Source of the DNA: a virus
DNA length: 64,000 bases
IMG/VR virus record: IMGVR_UViG_3300048854_000232
Location: 160,618 to 224,617 of that record
Reading direction: 5' to 3' (one strand)
Shown here: positions 1 to 9,462 of the stretch, one piece after another
How the letters are laid out: each line of letters begins with the position of its first letter
Position numbering within the stretch: position 1 is the first letter of the stretch
Position numbers and translations under genes: made by a program
Notes under the pieces: model-generated
What the model was told of the DNA's origin: nothing
The model's input: only the letters and a program-made list of their open reading frames with translations
The model's database searches: none

Positions 1-558
1 TCGGTCCTGCGTTACCTGGAACTGGCCCGGTTCGCGACCACTTACGCCAATCGCCTACTCATTCGTATGCTGGCTGCGGAATCGGCTACCGTCCTGAACA
101 AGGCGGCCATGGTCGATAGCGATCTGTCGCCGGCTGAAGTGGAATGGTTCAAGGCCAACCAGGCTGCCTTCCTGCAGACCCTGAAAGTCTTGGACGTGCC
201 CGCTGAGCAGCTCTCGGCCACCCTGCAATCGATTCCCGATGTGACCATCGTGCCGGAGAAAGCCTCCGTCGTGAAGTCCACCGTCGGCGAGCCGCAGATC
301 GATCCGCTGCGTATGGGTCTGATCTCGGCCAACAAGAACATCATCTACCACTTCCGCTTGCACGTGGCGGAATGGCAGGTGCGCAAGTACAAGGTCAAGG
401 AAGAAGAGAAGCGTCAGCTGGAGTACCGCATCCTGGAACTGAAGGAAGCCTATGCTGGCAAGCAGGATCCGAAGCTGCAGCAGGCGATCCAGTACTCGAC
501 CGGTCGTCTCCAGAAGCTGACCTACGAACTTCACGAAGCACAGGCGGAGCTGGTCTAA
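1..558 (+). CDS. Virion structural (head) protein, 5'-truncated
   Basis: Frame 1 is open from base 1 to TAA at 558. The coiled-coil C-terminus (EKRQLEYRILELK...DPKLQQAIQY) resembles conserved phiKZ-like head proteins that precede the inner-head cluster. Confidence 0.6.
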   Translation, partial: SVLRYLELARFATTYANRLLIRMLAAESATVLNKAAMVDSDLSPAEVEWFKANQAAFLQTLKVLDVPAEQLSATLQSIPDVTIVPEKASVVKSTVGEPQIDPLRMGLISANKNIIYHFRLHVAEWQVRKYKVKEEEKRQLEYRILELKEAYAGKQDPKLQQAIQYSTGRLQKLTYELHEAQAELV

Positions 559-578
559 CCAGCTCCAAGGGATTGACG

Positions 579-1082
579 ATGAACAACAAGTTTACCGTCT
601 ACCCTCGACTGTATACGAGCCGCTCCCCCGGGAGCGGCGTCGTGTCTTCGACGGGTGACGTCACGGTCGATACGCTCCATGGTTTCTTGACCTCTCGCAG
701 CGTCAACACCTCGGCCTGGGACTTCAAGAAGCGCGTCCTGCTCAGCGCGGTGCGCCTGTTCGGCGACTTCAACCAATGGATCAAGGATCAGCGGAACAAC
801 CCGCAGATCACCGGCTGGAACCTTGGGTTCCTGGCGGACACGCTGCAGTACATTCGTACGGGCGTGCGTGATGTATCGGTGCAAAACTGGGTAGACCTGC
901 TGGCGGAATCCAACCAGCACTCGCCCCAGGCTAACCACCTGACCACGCCGACGTTGGCTCTGGCCGCATCGGAAACCACCATCATGCTCATCCAGCAGTG
1001 GTGTTCTCATCCGGGCGGTCTCGAAGACATGCTCGCGACCCTCCATGTTCTTTTCGGTTCGGCGCGCCAGAAACTGGCGTAA
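579..1082 (+). CDS. Hypothetical protein of the phiKZ-like head gene block
   Basis: ATG at 579 after AAGGGA; 167 aa; typical codon usage. Confidence 0.6.
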   Translation: MNNKFTVYPRLYTSRSPGSGVVSSTGDVTVDTLHGFLTSRSVNTSAWDFKKRVLLSAVRLFGDFNQWIKDQRNNPQITGWNLGFLADTLQYIRTGVRDVSVQNWVDLLAESNQHSPQANHLTTPTLALAASETTIMLIQQWCSHPGGLEDMLATLHVLFGSARQKLA

Positions 1083-1116
1083 CGGATCTATCCTTATTTT
1101 CAGTCAGGAGTTTTCC

Positions 1117-2940
1117 ATGTCCTCCAAGACCCGCCTTTCCCAGCTGTTCGCTGATGCCAACAAAAGCAGCGTCGGCCTGGAAGACGACACCCGTCCGGTC
1201 GAACCGGCCGTGGACGATACCACCGATGCCCCGCTCGACGACACGGCCGCTCCGGCAGTCGATACGACCGACACCCCTGTCGATGACACAGTTGCCCCGC
1301 CGGTGATCGATGCTCCGGCTTCGACCGACGAACCCGCGGCTCCGGAAGTCCCCGAAGTCCCGGCCGTGCCGGAAGTGCCCGCTGTGGACGATACCCCGGC
1401 TGCGCCGGCTGTCGACGACACGCCTGCCGCTCCGAGCGAAGAGCCCGCTGTTGTGGACGCCCCGATTCCGGACGCGCCCATCGACGAACCCGCCGCTCCC
1501 CTGACGGACGAGCCAGCCCTGCCTGCCACCGATCCCATCGACGCCCCGGCCTCGACGGACGAACCGCCGGCTGCCGACCCGATCGATGCTCCCGCCAGCA
1601 CCGACGAGCCGGTTGCTCCGATCGACGACGCTCCGCTGGCTCCGGCCTCGGACGACGACGCCTCGCCCTTCACCCCGATCAGCGTGCCGGACACGGACAC
1701 CGCCGAGGCCTCCCTGGTCGCCGTGCGTGACTCCGCTGCCGAAGTCGCCGAAGTCGATGCGGCCCACAGCCGTTTCCACGAGATCGCCGATGGCCTGGAA
1801 TCGATCGCGCAGTACGCCTACACCCAGCTCCAGGAAGGCGGCCTCACCCCGCAGTCCGCGGGCATCATGACGATCGCCGTCGAGAATCTCATCAAGCCCC
1901 TGGGCTGGGATAAGCCGGTCGTGCTGTCGGTGGAATCCTTCGGTGGTCACTCGACCCGTATGGAAGCGACCACGCTTTCGTTCGAAGGCATCCAGGAAGT
2001 CGCCAAGCAGGTGCTGGACGCGATCATCGCGGTCGGCAAGAAGCTGTGGGAAACGGTCAAGTCCTTCATCGAGCGCGTGTTCGCCACCGCTTCGAAGGTC
2101 GAAGCTCGTGCCGACGCTCTCATCGAGAAGGCCAAGTCCGCCTCGGGCACGCCCAAGGCTTCCGAGATCGAAGTCGGCCCCGTGGCCGGGAAGCTCTCGA
2201 TCGCTGGTAAGGTCGTGGGCCCGGTCGAAGGTCTGACCGACCTGACCCGCCTCACCGACGGCTTCCTCGCCTTCGACGACGCCAACTACGCCAAGCTGAT
2301 GGAGTTCATCAGTAAGGTCCAGGCTCTGATGGGTGCTGACGACGCCAGCTTCGCTGATGCGTTGAAGGCTGTCCAGGACATGGAAACGGGCGTCAGCAGC
2401 GCGTACAGCGTCAAGGACGAATCCAATAACACTTACTCCACCCCGGTCCTGCCGGGCGGTAAGACGTTCTGGGTTTCGGTCGGCCCGTCGCTGGCCTTCA
2501 TGGCAGGCGAGCACAGTTCCGAGCAGTCGGTTCCCGAAGACGCCAAGCTGCCGACGCTTTCGCCGGCAGACATCGCCAAGGTTGGCGAGATGGCCAAGCA
2601 GGTCGCTACCGTTGCGGTGATCTTCCACAACGAAGCGAAGTCGATGAAGGAAAAGCAGCCGTTCGAGGGTCTCGAAGGTTTCCGCAACTTGAATGAAGGT
2701 AAGCTCAACGAGGAAAACTCGAAGCAGGCCGTCGAGCAGCTGCGTAGCCTGGCCAAGACCGCGACCGAAACGCGCAAGTACTCGGCCCGCCTCCTGGGCT
2801 ACGTGATCTCCACCGTGACCTCCTACCTCTCGCTCGCCGAGAAGTCGCTGGCTCAGTACGGTGCGGGCGCCACGGCTCCGGCTGAAGAGCCGGCCAAGGA
2901 AGACGACAAGCCGGCGGAGCCGGCTGCTGCCGCTGCGTAA
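1117..2940 (+). CDS. Internal head protein with long acidic Pro/Ala/Asp propeptide
   Basis: SD AGGAG before ATG 1117. Carries GLE, SVE and SFE prohead-protease-type sites and a GGLTPQSAGIMTIAVE..LG module typical of the phiKZ inner-head paralogue family. Confidence 0.75.
   Translation: MSSKTRLSQLFADANKSSVGLEDDTRPVEPAVDDTTDAPLDDTAAPAVDTTDTPVDDTVAPPVIDAPASTDEPAAPEVPEVPAVPEVPAVDDTPAAPAVDDTPAAPSEEPAVVDAPIPDAPIDEPAAPLTDEPALPATDPIDAPASTDEPPAADPIDAPASTDEPVAPIDDAPLAPASDDDASPFTPISVPDTDTAEASLVAVRDSAAEVAEVDAAHSRFHEIADGLESIAQYAYTQLQEGGLTPQSAGIMTIAVENLIKPLGWDKPVVLSVESFGGHSTRMEATTLSFEGIQEVAKQVLDAIIAVGKKLWETVKSFIERVFATASKVEARADALIEKAKSASGTPKASEIEVGPVAGKLSIAGKVVGPVEGLTDLTRLTDGFLAFDDANYAKLMEFISKVQALMGADDASFADALKAVQDMETGVSSAYSVKDESNNTYSTPVLPGGKTFWVSVGPSLAFMAGEHSSEQSVPEDAKLPTLSPADIAKVGEMAKQVATVAVIFHNEAKSMKEKQPFEGLEGFRNLNEGKLNEENSKQAVEQLRSLAKTATETRKYSARLLGYVISTVTSYLSLAEKSLAQYGAGATAPAEEPAKEDDKPAEPAAAAA
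1190..1665 (+). repeat. Low-complexity coding repeats (IDAPASTDEP x3, PEVPAV, VDDTPAAP)
   Basis: Repeated peptide units are visible in the translation, with synonymous divergence at the DNA level. Confidence 0.7.
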
Positions 2941-2946
2941 GTGGTT

Positions 2947-2993
2947 GCATAAGTAAGAGAGTCCTCCCTCCGGGGAGGACTCTCTTTATGCCG
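2947..2993 (+). terminator. Hairpin terminator with GCATA...TATGCC flanks
   Basis: AAGAGAGTCCTCCC / GGGAGGACTCTCTT stem followed by TATGCCG. Confidence 0.8.
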
Positions 2994-3006
2994 CAAAGGG
3001 CGCGAT

Positions 3007-3015
3007 GATTCTATG
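3007..3015 (+). promoter_or_regulatory. Putative late promoter GATTCTATG
   Basis: The same motif recurs upstream of structural genes; the TATG core matches the phiKZ late-promoter consensus. Confidence 0.55.
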
Positions 3016-3059
3016 TGTTAAGACCTTTTGTCGCTCTCGCCTGAATCAAAGGAAGACCC

Positions 3060-4391
3060 ATGTTCAACTCCCTGAATAGCCTGCTGCGTGTCAGCATGGA
3101 AGCCGCGGCTCCCGCAGCCTTGGCCAATACCGTTCCCGAGACCGATCTCATCGCTGAGAGCGACCAGGCCCAACTCAACCTGTGCGACGCCAAGGAAGCG
3201 GTAGTGGTGAGCCACCGTGATATGGAGCGTCTCTTCGAAGCAGTCGACTCGCTCGAAGCCATCGCCCAGAGCATGGAAGCCTACACTGCCACTGGCATGA
3301 ATCAGTCCACCGCGTTCATTGCCCAGCTGGCCATCGACCAAGCCGTGGCACCCACGGGTGTTTGCTACAAAGGCGTTTCCTTGGAAGGCTTTGTCGGTCA
3401 CCGCGCAGGCCATTCCACGCGTCTGGCCATGGAAGACCTCCACGAAACTGGCAAGGCGGTTATGGAGAAGTTGATCGAGGCCTACCGGCAGTTCCGGGCT
3501 GCTCTGGTTCGCTTCTTTCAGCAACTCCAACTGCACGTTAAGCTCAGTAAACAGCAGATTCAGAAGTTCTTGGCGGAACTGCAGTCCGCAGGTGAGGAGA
3601 AACGCCAGGAGGCCGTGAACGCCAGGATCGAAAACGGAAAGCTTTTCCGGCGACTCGCAATCGATGATGAGGTCCCCCACAGTCTCGCCCAGCTCGCTGA
3701 CGATAACCTGAAACTGGCCCAGCAATACCTCTCGACCACCGGCTACGGTAAAGACGCGTTGGAGTTCGCCGACGAGATCTCCAATTTCGCCGCTCGTGCG
3801 GCTCAGCGTCAGGGCGAATTCGAGCAGATCGTCACGGAAGCCTTCAAGCTGCGCTGCCCGATGCCGGCTGGGCTGACCGAGTACAACAGCTCGAATGGAA
3901 TCAAACATTATCGGTCACCGCTGTTGCCCGGGAACCACCGGATCGAATTCACCCAGGGCGAAGCATCTGACATGGGTGGCGAAGAGGGCGCCCGTGCGCA
4001 TTTGGGGGCGCTGTATCGAACGGGTCTTCAGTTCACCGCCGGACATCAGTCCATGGAGAAAGGATATCTCCCGCGCGCCACTCGCGCCGATCAGATCGGA
4101 ATCTGCGCTGCGAATCTGAAAGCTCTCGAGTTTGTGGAAGGCTTCCTTCAGGCCCATGGCGGGCACGAGATCAAGCACAGTGCCCTGATCAACTCCGCCC
4201 TGATCAATCATTCGGCGGTGGACACGGCCGACGGTAAGGGTAAGTACACCCTCTTCCGCCATGCCATCGACCGCGACATCGAAACCCATCGCGCTGTCAT
4301 GGGGATCTGCAACCACATTGCGGACGTCAGTCGCGCGCTGCAGAGTTACGCGCTGCAGAGTTACGGTGAGCGGTCGGCTCAGTCCGCATAA
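3060..4391 (+). CDS. Internal head protein paralogue
   Basis: 443 aa; SME, SLE and AME sites in the N-terminal propeptide region. Confidence 0.7.
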   Translation: MFNSLNSLLRVSMEAAAPAALANTVPETDLIAESDQAQLNLCDAKEAVVVSHRDMERLFEAVDSLEAIAQSMEAYTATGMNQSTAFIAQLAIDQAVAPTGVCYKGVSLEGFVGHRAGHSTRLAMEDLHETGKAVMEKLIEAYRQFRAALVRFFQQLQLHVKLSKQQIQKFLAELQSAGEEKRQEAVNARIENGKLFRRLAIDDEVPHSLAQLADDNLKLAQQYLSTTGYGKDALEFADEISNFAARAAQRQGEFEQIVTEAFKLRCPMPAGLTEYNSSNGIKHYRSPLLPGNHRIEFTQGEASDMGGEEGARAHLGALYRTGLQFTAGHQSMEKGYLPRATRADQIGICAANLKALEFVEGFLQAHGGHEIKHSALINSALINHSAVDTADGKGKYTLFRHAIDRDIETHRAVMGICNHIADVSRALQSYALQSYGERSAQSA

Positions 4392-4426
4392 ACCCCAGGA
4401 CTCCCTTCGGGGAGTCCTGTTATGCC
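4386..4426 (+). terminator. Hairpin terminator with GCATA...TATGCC flanks
   Basis: CAGGACTCCC-TTCG-GGGAGTCCTG then TTATGCC. Confidence 0.8.
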
Positions 4427-4434
4427 CTAAGGCT

Positions 4435-4443
4435 GATTCTATG
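4435..4443 (+). promoter_or_regulatory. Putative late promoter GATTCTATG
   Basis: Identical to 3007-3015. Confidence 0.55.
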
Positions 4444-4472
4444 ACATTTCAAGACATAAGTAGAGAACCCTC

Positions 4473-5768
4473 ATGACTCTGCGCCAACACCGCAACCTGC
4501 TTGCCAAAGACAACACCGCATTCGCCCTGGAAGGCCACACCGGTGGCGTGTCCATGGAGCTGGCTCACGAGGTCTCTCTGGCCATCGAGTCGTTGCAGCA
4601 TCTCTCTGACCTGGCCATGGGCCTGGAAGACCTGCGTAACGCCGCCTCCGGGATCTCGATGGCTAACCCGCAGCATCTGCTCCTGATCGAAGCGGGCTTG
4701 AACCTGGCCCACGCAGGCACGTTCCATACGGCCTCCGCAGACGAACCCAGCCTGGAAGCCTACCTCGGTAGCGAAGTATCTCTGGAAGGTTTGAACCAGC
4801 GCATCCGTGCGTTGATTGCCTCGATCCTGCAAGCGCTGAAGATCATCGGCGAACGCCTGCTGGAATTCCTCGAGTCCCTGGTCACCGATCTGGGCCAGCT
4901 GGAGACCCGCCTGGAACACGTCCAGTACGAAGCGGACGATGTCGGCGGTAAGTTCCCCAACCATCCGCAGGTCGCCTTGGGCAACGATGTCTACGGCGTG
5001 GCCACCGATCACGGTTACCCCACAGACGGTCATCGTCTGGTCGCGACGCTCTCGTTGCTGTCGATCCAGTCCAAGATGGTCTACGAGCAGTACGTGCCGG
5101 CAATGCAGCTGATTGGTCGGGCTCTCTCGGCGGAACTGAAGAAAACCGATGCGATCGCAAAGAACCCGGAAGCCTGGCTGACCGAGCTCAACACCAAGCT
5201 CAGCGTCTATAACGTAGACGCCTTCAAGAGCCACGTGGGCAAGACCTCCAACCTCATGGATAGTCGCTACCCCATGGGCAGCGCGATCGCTGCACAGCCG
5301 CTCCCAGGCATGCGCTCGATGGTCTTCGTCGATGGCTCGCGTCGTCGGGACGAAGATCGCAACCCCGTGATCAAGGAAGCCTACGATCGCCAAGCCTCCA
5401 CGGTCGAACTGGTCCGTGCCAATGGCGGACGCTCCTTCGATCCGGGCTCTGCTTCTATGGCCACGATGCCGGTCACGGTGATCCATGATGCACTGCGCGC
5501 GGTACATGGTCTGATCGGTGACATGAAGACCCATTTGGGCCACGGTGCCAAGCGTGAACTCAAAGGCACCCTGCGTGAGCTTCAGACCGCCGCCGAACAG
5601 ATGAGCACCCGTGATCCGGATTCCTCGGAGTTCCTCACGGTCGGCCTGCAGTACGTCATGGCCTACCAGCGCTGGATCAAACTCCAAGCGGATATGCTGG
5701 CCCTGGTCTACAACGTCAGTCGCTCGACGGTCAATGTCTGCGTACGCAACCTGCACGCCTACAAATAA
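4473..5768 (+). CDS. Internal head protein paralogue
   Basis: 431 aa; ALE, SME and SLE sites; PSLEAYLGSEVSLEG motif typical of phiKZ-like inner-head proteins. Confidence 0.75.
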   Translation: MTLRQHRNLLAKDNTAFALEGHTGGVSMELAHEVSLAIESLQHLSDLAMGLEDLRNAASGISMANPQHLLLIEAGLNLAHAGTFHTASADEPSLEAYLGSEVSLEGLNQRIRALIASILQALKIIGERLLEFLESLVTDLGQLETRLEHVQYEADDVGGKFPNHPQVALGNDVYGVATDHGYPTDGHRLVATLSLLSIQSKMVYEQYVPAMQLIGRALSAELKKTDAIAKNPEAWLTELNTKLSVYNVDAFKSHVGKTSNLMDSRYPMGSAIAAQPLPGMRSMVFVDGSRRRDEDRNPVIKEAYDRQASTVELVRANGGRSFDPGSASMATMPVTVIHDALRAVHGLIGDMKTHLGHGAKRELKGTLRELQTAAEQMSTRDPDSSEFLTVGLQYVMAYQRWIKLQADMLALVYNVSRSTVNVCVRNLHAYK

Positions 5769-5774
5769 GGCCTA

Positions 5775-5806
5775 GCCCCACTCCTTCGGGGGTGGGGTTT
5801 ATGCCG
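5775..5806 (+). terminator. Hairpin terminator + TATGCC
   Basis: GCCCCACTCC-TTCG-GGGGTGGGGT then TTATGCCG. Confidence 0.75.
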
Positions 5807-5846
5807 TCTATTCTATGGTGTACGTACACCTATAAGGAATATCGAT

Positions 5847-8627
5847 ATGTCCAAACTCATCAAGCAGTTCCTGGCAGCGCAGCCTTCTGTGCCGAGCCTG
5901 GAAGATCGTGACGACGAAGCTGCAGTGGCCGCTGCCGCTCCGGAAGCTCCGATCGACAATACCGCCGAAGCTCCGATCGACGCCCCGGCTTCCGACGACG
6001 TGGCCCAGATCCCCGCTGGCCTGGACGAACCCGCTCCGAGCGAGCCGGTCGATCCGACCACCGACGGCGATGGCTCCACCGACGAGGCCGCTGGCCTGCC
6101 CACCGATTCGATGGAAGACATCGAAGGTGAGCTCCGTGGTGAACCCGAGAACCAGCCCGCTGGTGACGACGTGCAGGCCTTCTTCGACGGCGACGGCGAA
6201 GTCGAGCGTGACGCGGCCGAAGACCGTGCGGTCGAAGTGGTCGAAGTCCTGAGCGCCGCGCGCGATTCCGATCGTGCCGTGGACGAGCTGTCGGTGGCCC
6301 ACGAAGGCCTGACCGACGTGCGTGACACCCTCGAGGCGATGAACCGCCAGGGCGGCGTGACGTTCGAATCGTTCCAGTTCATCGACATCGCCCTGAACAG
6401 CTACACCAAGGGCATGGGCGTGGAAAGCCTGCTCCTGGGTATCTCGGCCGAGTCCTTCGCCGACGAACCGGCGGATACCCGTCTGGCCGTCTCGCTGGAA
6501 GACATCGACGACCTGCTCAGCCGCATGGAAAAGGCCAAGCCCGCCCTGGAAGCCCACAAGGCTGACACCGGTACCCGCATGGCGGACGTCATGCGTGCGC
6601 TGGTCGGTGGTGCGACGATCCAGTTCGAAGCCTTCGATAGCGAAGGTGCTCCGATGCGTGTGCCCGCTGCCGATGTGGACGCGGATGCGTTTGCCGCCGC
6701 CCAGGCCGACAGCTTCGCCACGACCCGTCGTGAGCAGGGCGCTGCCCTGTCCGATGCCGCCACCGCCCTGGTGCGCGTGCACGGTACGATTGAAGACCAG
6801 AACGAAGCCGGCGGTCTGTCCACCGAAGCGCTCGTCGCTGCGACCCTCGCCATGGAATCGATCACCAAGCCGCTGGGGATGGCCGATGTCGACCTCGTGA
6901 CTTCGTTCGAAGGCCTTCCCCTCGATGCCAAGACCGTGATCTCCACCGAAGGTGTGGGCGATGCGATCAAGGCCGTGGGTTCGGCCATTGCCAACACCGT
7001 GAAGAGCGGCTGGCAGGCAGCGATGAATGCGTTCGGTCGCCTGAGCGGTACGGTGCCGACGACCATCAAGCGTCTGGAAGCTCTGCAGGCCCAGGCCGCT
7101 TCGGCCAGCGCTGCCGGTGGTGAAGTCAGCGGTAAGGGTGTGGTCAAGGCCCTGCACAAGGCTGGCCAGTGGCCGACCGACCTGCCGGTCTACCTCACCG
7201 ACTACTGCAAGTTCGCCAGCAAGATGACGGCGGTCTACCCGCTCAAGTCCTCGGAAGCCTTCTCCGCCAATACGGTGGCTTACGGACACCTGGACTATAA
7301 CAGCACCGAAGCGTTCTACACGTCCTTCGACGCCCTGGCGACCAACTGGAAGGATCCGCGCAAGATGGCGGGCCTGACCAGCGCCGATTTCGCGTTCGAG
7401 GTTCCGGGCGTGGGTTCCTACTTCGAATCGACGGATCTGGATGTCAGCTACACGGGCACCCGTCCGAGCGGTAAGAAGCTGCAGGACTTCTACAGCAAGA
7501 ACGCGATCAAGGGTACCTGGTACCGCGGTAGCGTCAAGCCGCCGGCCGTGGACCAGATCAAGGCTCTGACCAAGGAAGAGATCGCATCGGTCTCCGCCGC
7601 ACTGCTCGCTACGATGAAGGGGCTGCGTCTGGAAGTGCTGAAGAAGACGGCAGGTGACGTCTACAGCAAGTACGTGGAGGGCGGTAACGGTCACAGCAAG
7701 GTCATCCGCAAAGCCTCCAAGGAAACGCGCAAGGCCACCCACCCGGAAGAGTCCATCCTCGACTACGCCTACTTCGCCAGCTTCGTGCTCGCCATCGACT
7801 GGGGCTGGAACGCTGCGTCCGACCTGGTCAAGGTTGCCAACGCGTTCATCGCCTACGCGAGCCGCTCGCTCACCGCTGGTAAGGTCTCGGCCGAATCCCA
7901 CGGGGCGTCGAAGGTGACCGATGCGGACATCCACGCTGCTGAGAAGCAGGTCGGGTTTTCGTTCTCGGCCAAGTACAGCGCCTTCCTGAAGAAGCACGGC
8001 GGTACTACCAAGGGTTCGGAAGAGTTCTACGGGGTAGGCGCCGCCATGGGACATCTCGACGCCGTCAAGGAGTACGAGAGTCTGAAGAAGCACGCCAACT
8101 ACCCGGCCAAAGCCATGCCGCTGAGCGCGGTGGGTGATGGTCACTCGTACGCCATCTTCGATAACACCTCGGGCGAGATTCAGGATTGGTCCGAGCACGG
8201 TGGCGTCAAGAAGAGCCAGGCCCAGACGTTCGATGCGTGGGTTGCCTCGCTCGAATCGATCGGTGCCGAAGATCTCGGTGCCGAAGTCCCCGCCAATGGC
8301 CCGCCGGTGGAAACGGATGAGCCGGAGTCGGAGATCGGTCAGCCGGGCGCGCCGGGTGAAGAAGGTGCCATCGAAGCCGATGACGGTGCCGGTGGTAGCA
8401 AGGAAGGCGACGAGCCCTCGATGGAAGCCGACGTCAAGCAGCTGAAGTCGGGCACCAAGGTCAAGTACAGCCACGGTCACGGTAAGATCATCAAGGTCTT
8501 CACCGCGCCGTTCAAGTACAAGGGCGAGACCCACCAGGCCTCCAAGGACGCCCCGCGCTTCGAATGCAAGGCGGACAAGGGCGGCAAGACCTCCATCCAC
8601 AAGGCTTCGGCCCTGTCGCTGGTGTAA
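5847..8627 (+). CDS. Internal head polyprotein with C-terminal SMI1/KNR4-like and DUF2945 (Hva1 Tudor)-like domains
   Basis: 926 aa with many S/A-x-E sites. VTDADIHAAEKQVGFSFSAKYSAFLKKHGG is an SMI1/KNR4 signature; GKIIKVFTAPFKYKGETHQASKDAPRFECKADK...HKASAL matches the DUF2945 pattern. Confidence 0.75.
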   Translation: MSKLIKQFLAAQPSVPSLEDRDDEAAVAAAAPEAPIDNTAEAPIDAPASDDVAQIPAGLDEPAPSEPVDPTTDGDGSTDEAAGLPTDSMEDIEGELRGEPENQPAGDDVQAFFDGDGEVERDAAEDRAVEVVEVLSAARDSDRAVDELSVAHEGLTDVRDTLEAMNRQGGVTFESFQFIDIALNSYTKGMGVESLLLGISAESFADEPADTRLAVSLEDIDDLLSRMEKAKPALEAHKADTGTRMADVMRALVGGATIQFEAFDSEGAPMRVPAADVDADAFAAAQADSFATTRREQGAALSDAATALVRVHGTIEDQNEAGGLSTEALVAATLAMESITKPLGMADVDLVTSFEGLPLDAKTVISTEGVGDAIKAVGSAIANTVKSGWQAAMNAFGRLSGTVPTTIKRLEALQAQAASASAAGGEVSGKGVVKALHKAGQWPTDLPVYLTDYCKFASKMTAVYPLKSSEAFSANTVAYGHLDYNSTEAFYTSFDALATNWKDPRKMAGLTSADFAFEVPGVGSYFESTDLDVSYTGTRPSGKKLQDFYSKNAIKGTWYRGSVKPPAVDQIKALTKEEIASVSAALLATMKGLRLEVLKKTAGDVYSKYVEGGNGHSKVIRKASKETRKATHPEESILDYAYFASFVLAIDWGWNAASDLVKVANAFIAYASRSLTAGKVSAESHGASKVTDADIHAAEKQVGFSFSAKYSAFLKKHGGTTKGSEEFYGVGAAMGHLDAVKEYESLKKHANYPAKAMPLSAVGDGHSYAIFDNTSGEIQDWSEHGGVKKSQAQTFDAWVASLESIGAEDLGAEVPANGPPVETDEPESEIGQPGAPGEEGAIEADDGAGGSKEGDEPSMEADVKQLKSGTKVKYSHGHGKIIKVFTAPFKYKGETHQASKDAPRFECKADKGGKTSIHKASALSLV

Positions 8628-8647
8628 TCTGCCGTAAGGCAAAAAAG

Positions 8648-8682
8648 AAAAGAGAGGGCCTTCGGGCCCTCTCTTTTGTATG
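8648..8682 (+). terminator. Intrinsic terminator
   Basis: AAAAGAGAGGGCC-TTCG-GGCCCTCTCTTTT. Confidence 0.85.
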
Positions 8683-8840
8683 TTTTCTACCATGGGACAG
8701 TAAGTTTATACTTTCCATGACGGATAGTTTGCAAGTCTAAGCGTGTTTGTCCAAGCGTAATAAAAGCGGTCCGAGTAAGGCAGGCCGAGGCTAGGGCGTT
8801 ATGGCAACCTCGAACGAATATCTTTCAACAGGGAAACCCA

Positions 8841-9242
8841 ATGCGCATCGTCAATCACCACCTCGCCAAGGGGGAGAAAGATGCCCTGACCATTATGGTC
8901 ATGGATACTCCTCGTCCAGGTGAAGCCCATCACCGATACGAAATCACTGGCTTTGACACAGCCAAGAATCCGGCAGCCGTAGGCCCGGATGGGTACCGCA
9001 CCTGTTACAACATGTTACCCGTCATCTTCGACAACCCGGCGGCGGCTACCGACGGCCAGAAGAATGGCGTGACCATGCAACAACTGCTCGATATCTGTAC
9101 TGATCGACTGAGACATGAGGGGAGCGACGCCGAGACTCTTTCCGCGCTGGAAAGCCTCGCCCGCGTCGACGACTCCTTACGGAACCTGGCAATCCGTAAG
9201 GCGCGAGAAAAGGCGTATTTCGCTGTAGCTGCGGTTGCTTAA
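8841..9242 (+). CDS. Tad1-like protein (divergent), putative immune-signal sponge
   Basis: PGEAHHRYEITGFDT..NP...IF..NGVT.QQLLDICTDRL follows the Tad1 pattern GxGGAxHxYxI...FQxG...NG...LLxIxxDRL. Confidence 0.6.
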   Translation: MRIVNHHLAKGEKDALTIMVMDTPRPGEAHHRYEITGFDTAKNPAAVGPDGYRTCYNMLPVIFDNPAAATDGQKNGVTMQQLLDICTDRLRHEGSDAETLSALESLARVDDSLRNLAIRKAREKAYFAVAAVA

Positions 9243-9267
9243 CACCAACATCTGCGCGCAGGAAATA

Positions 9268-9306
9268 GAGACGAGCCTACCGGGGAGGTAGGCTCGTCTT
9301 ATGCCG
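9268..9306 (+). terminator. Hairpin terminator + TATGCC
   Basis: GAGACGAGCCTACC / GGTAGGCTCGTCTT then ATGCCG. Confidence 0.8.
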
Positions 9307-9462
9307 TTTTCCCGATGTTTGCCAGGGTCGCTAGTATTTCCTTACACGGATAGGGTATTTGCTTACTACCCCGTTGAAGGATATACAGGGGAAACTGCAA
9401 TTGTTGTCTAACACAACCCAACGGACAGAGACAATCGCTCGACTTGCACACTGAGGTTTACC

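Noticed and set aside
1190-1665. CRISPR-like or DNA-level tandem array
   Set aside because: Repeats are conserved at the peptide level with synonymous variation; no repeat-spacer array or cas gene was seen anywhere in the window.
5808-8693. 961-aa minus-strand ORF, and similar long antisense ORFs (988-2628, 19428-20936, 30561-32099, 33542-35659, 37836-39008)
   Set aside because: Shadow frames of GC3-biased genes on the other strand; no recognisable motifs.
8690-8840. Possible ribozyme (CTAAGCG, pistol-like) in the leader of the first Tad1-like gene
   Set aside because: The required P1 and pseudoknot pairings could not be built.
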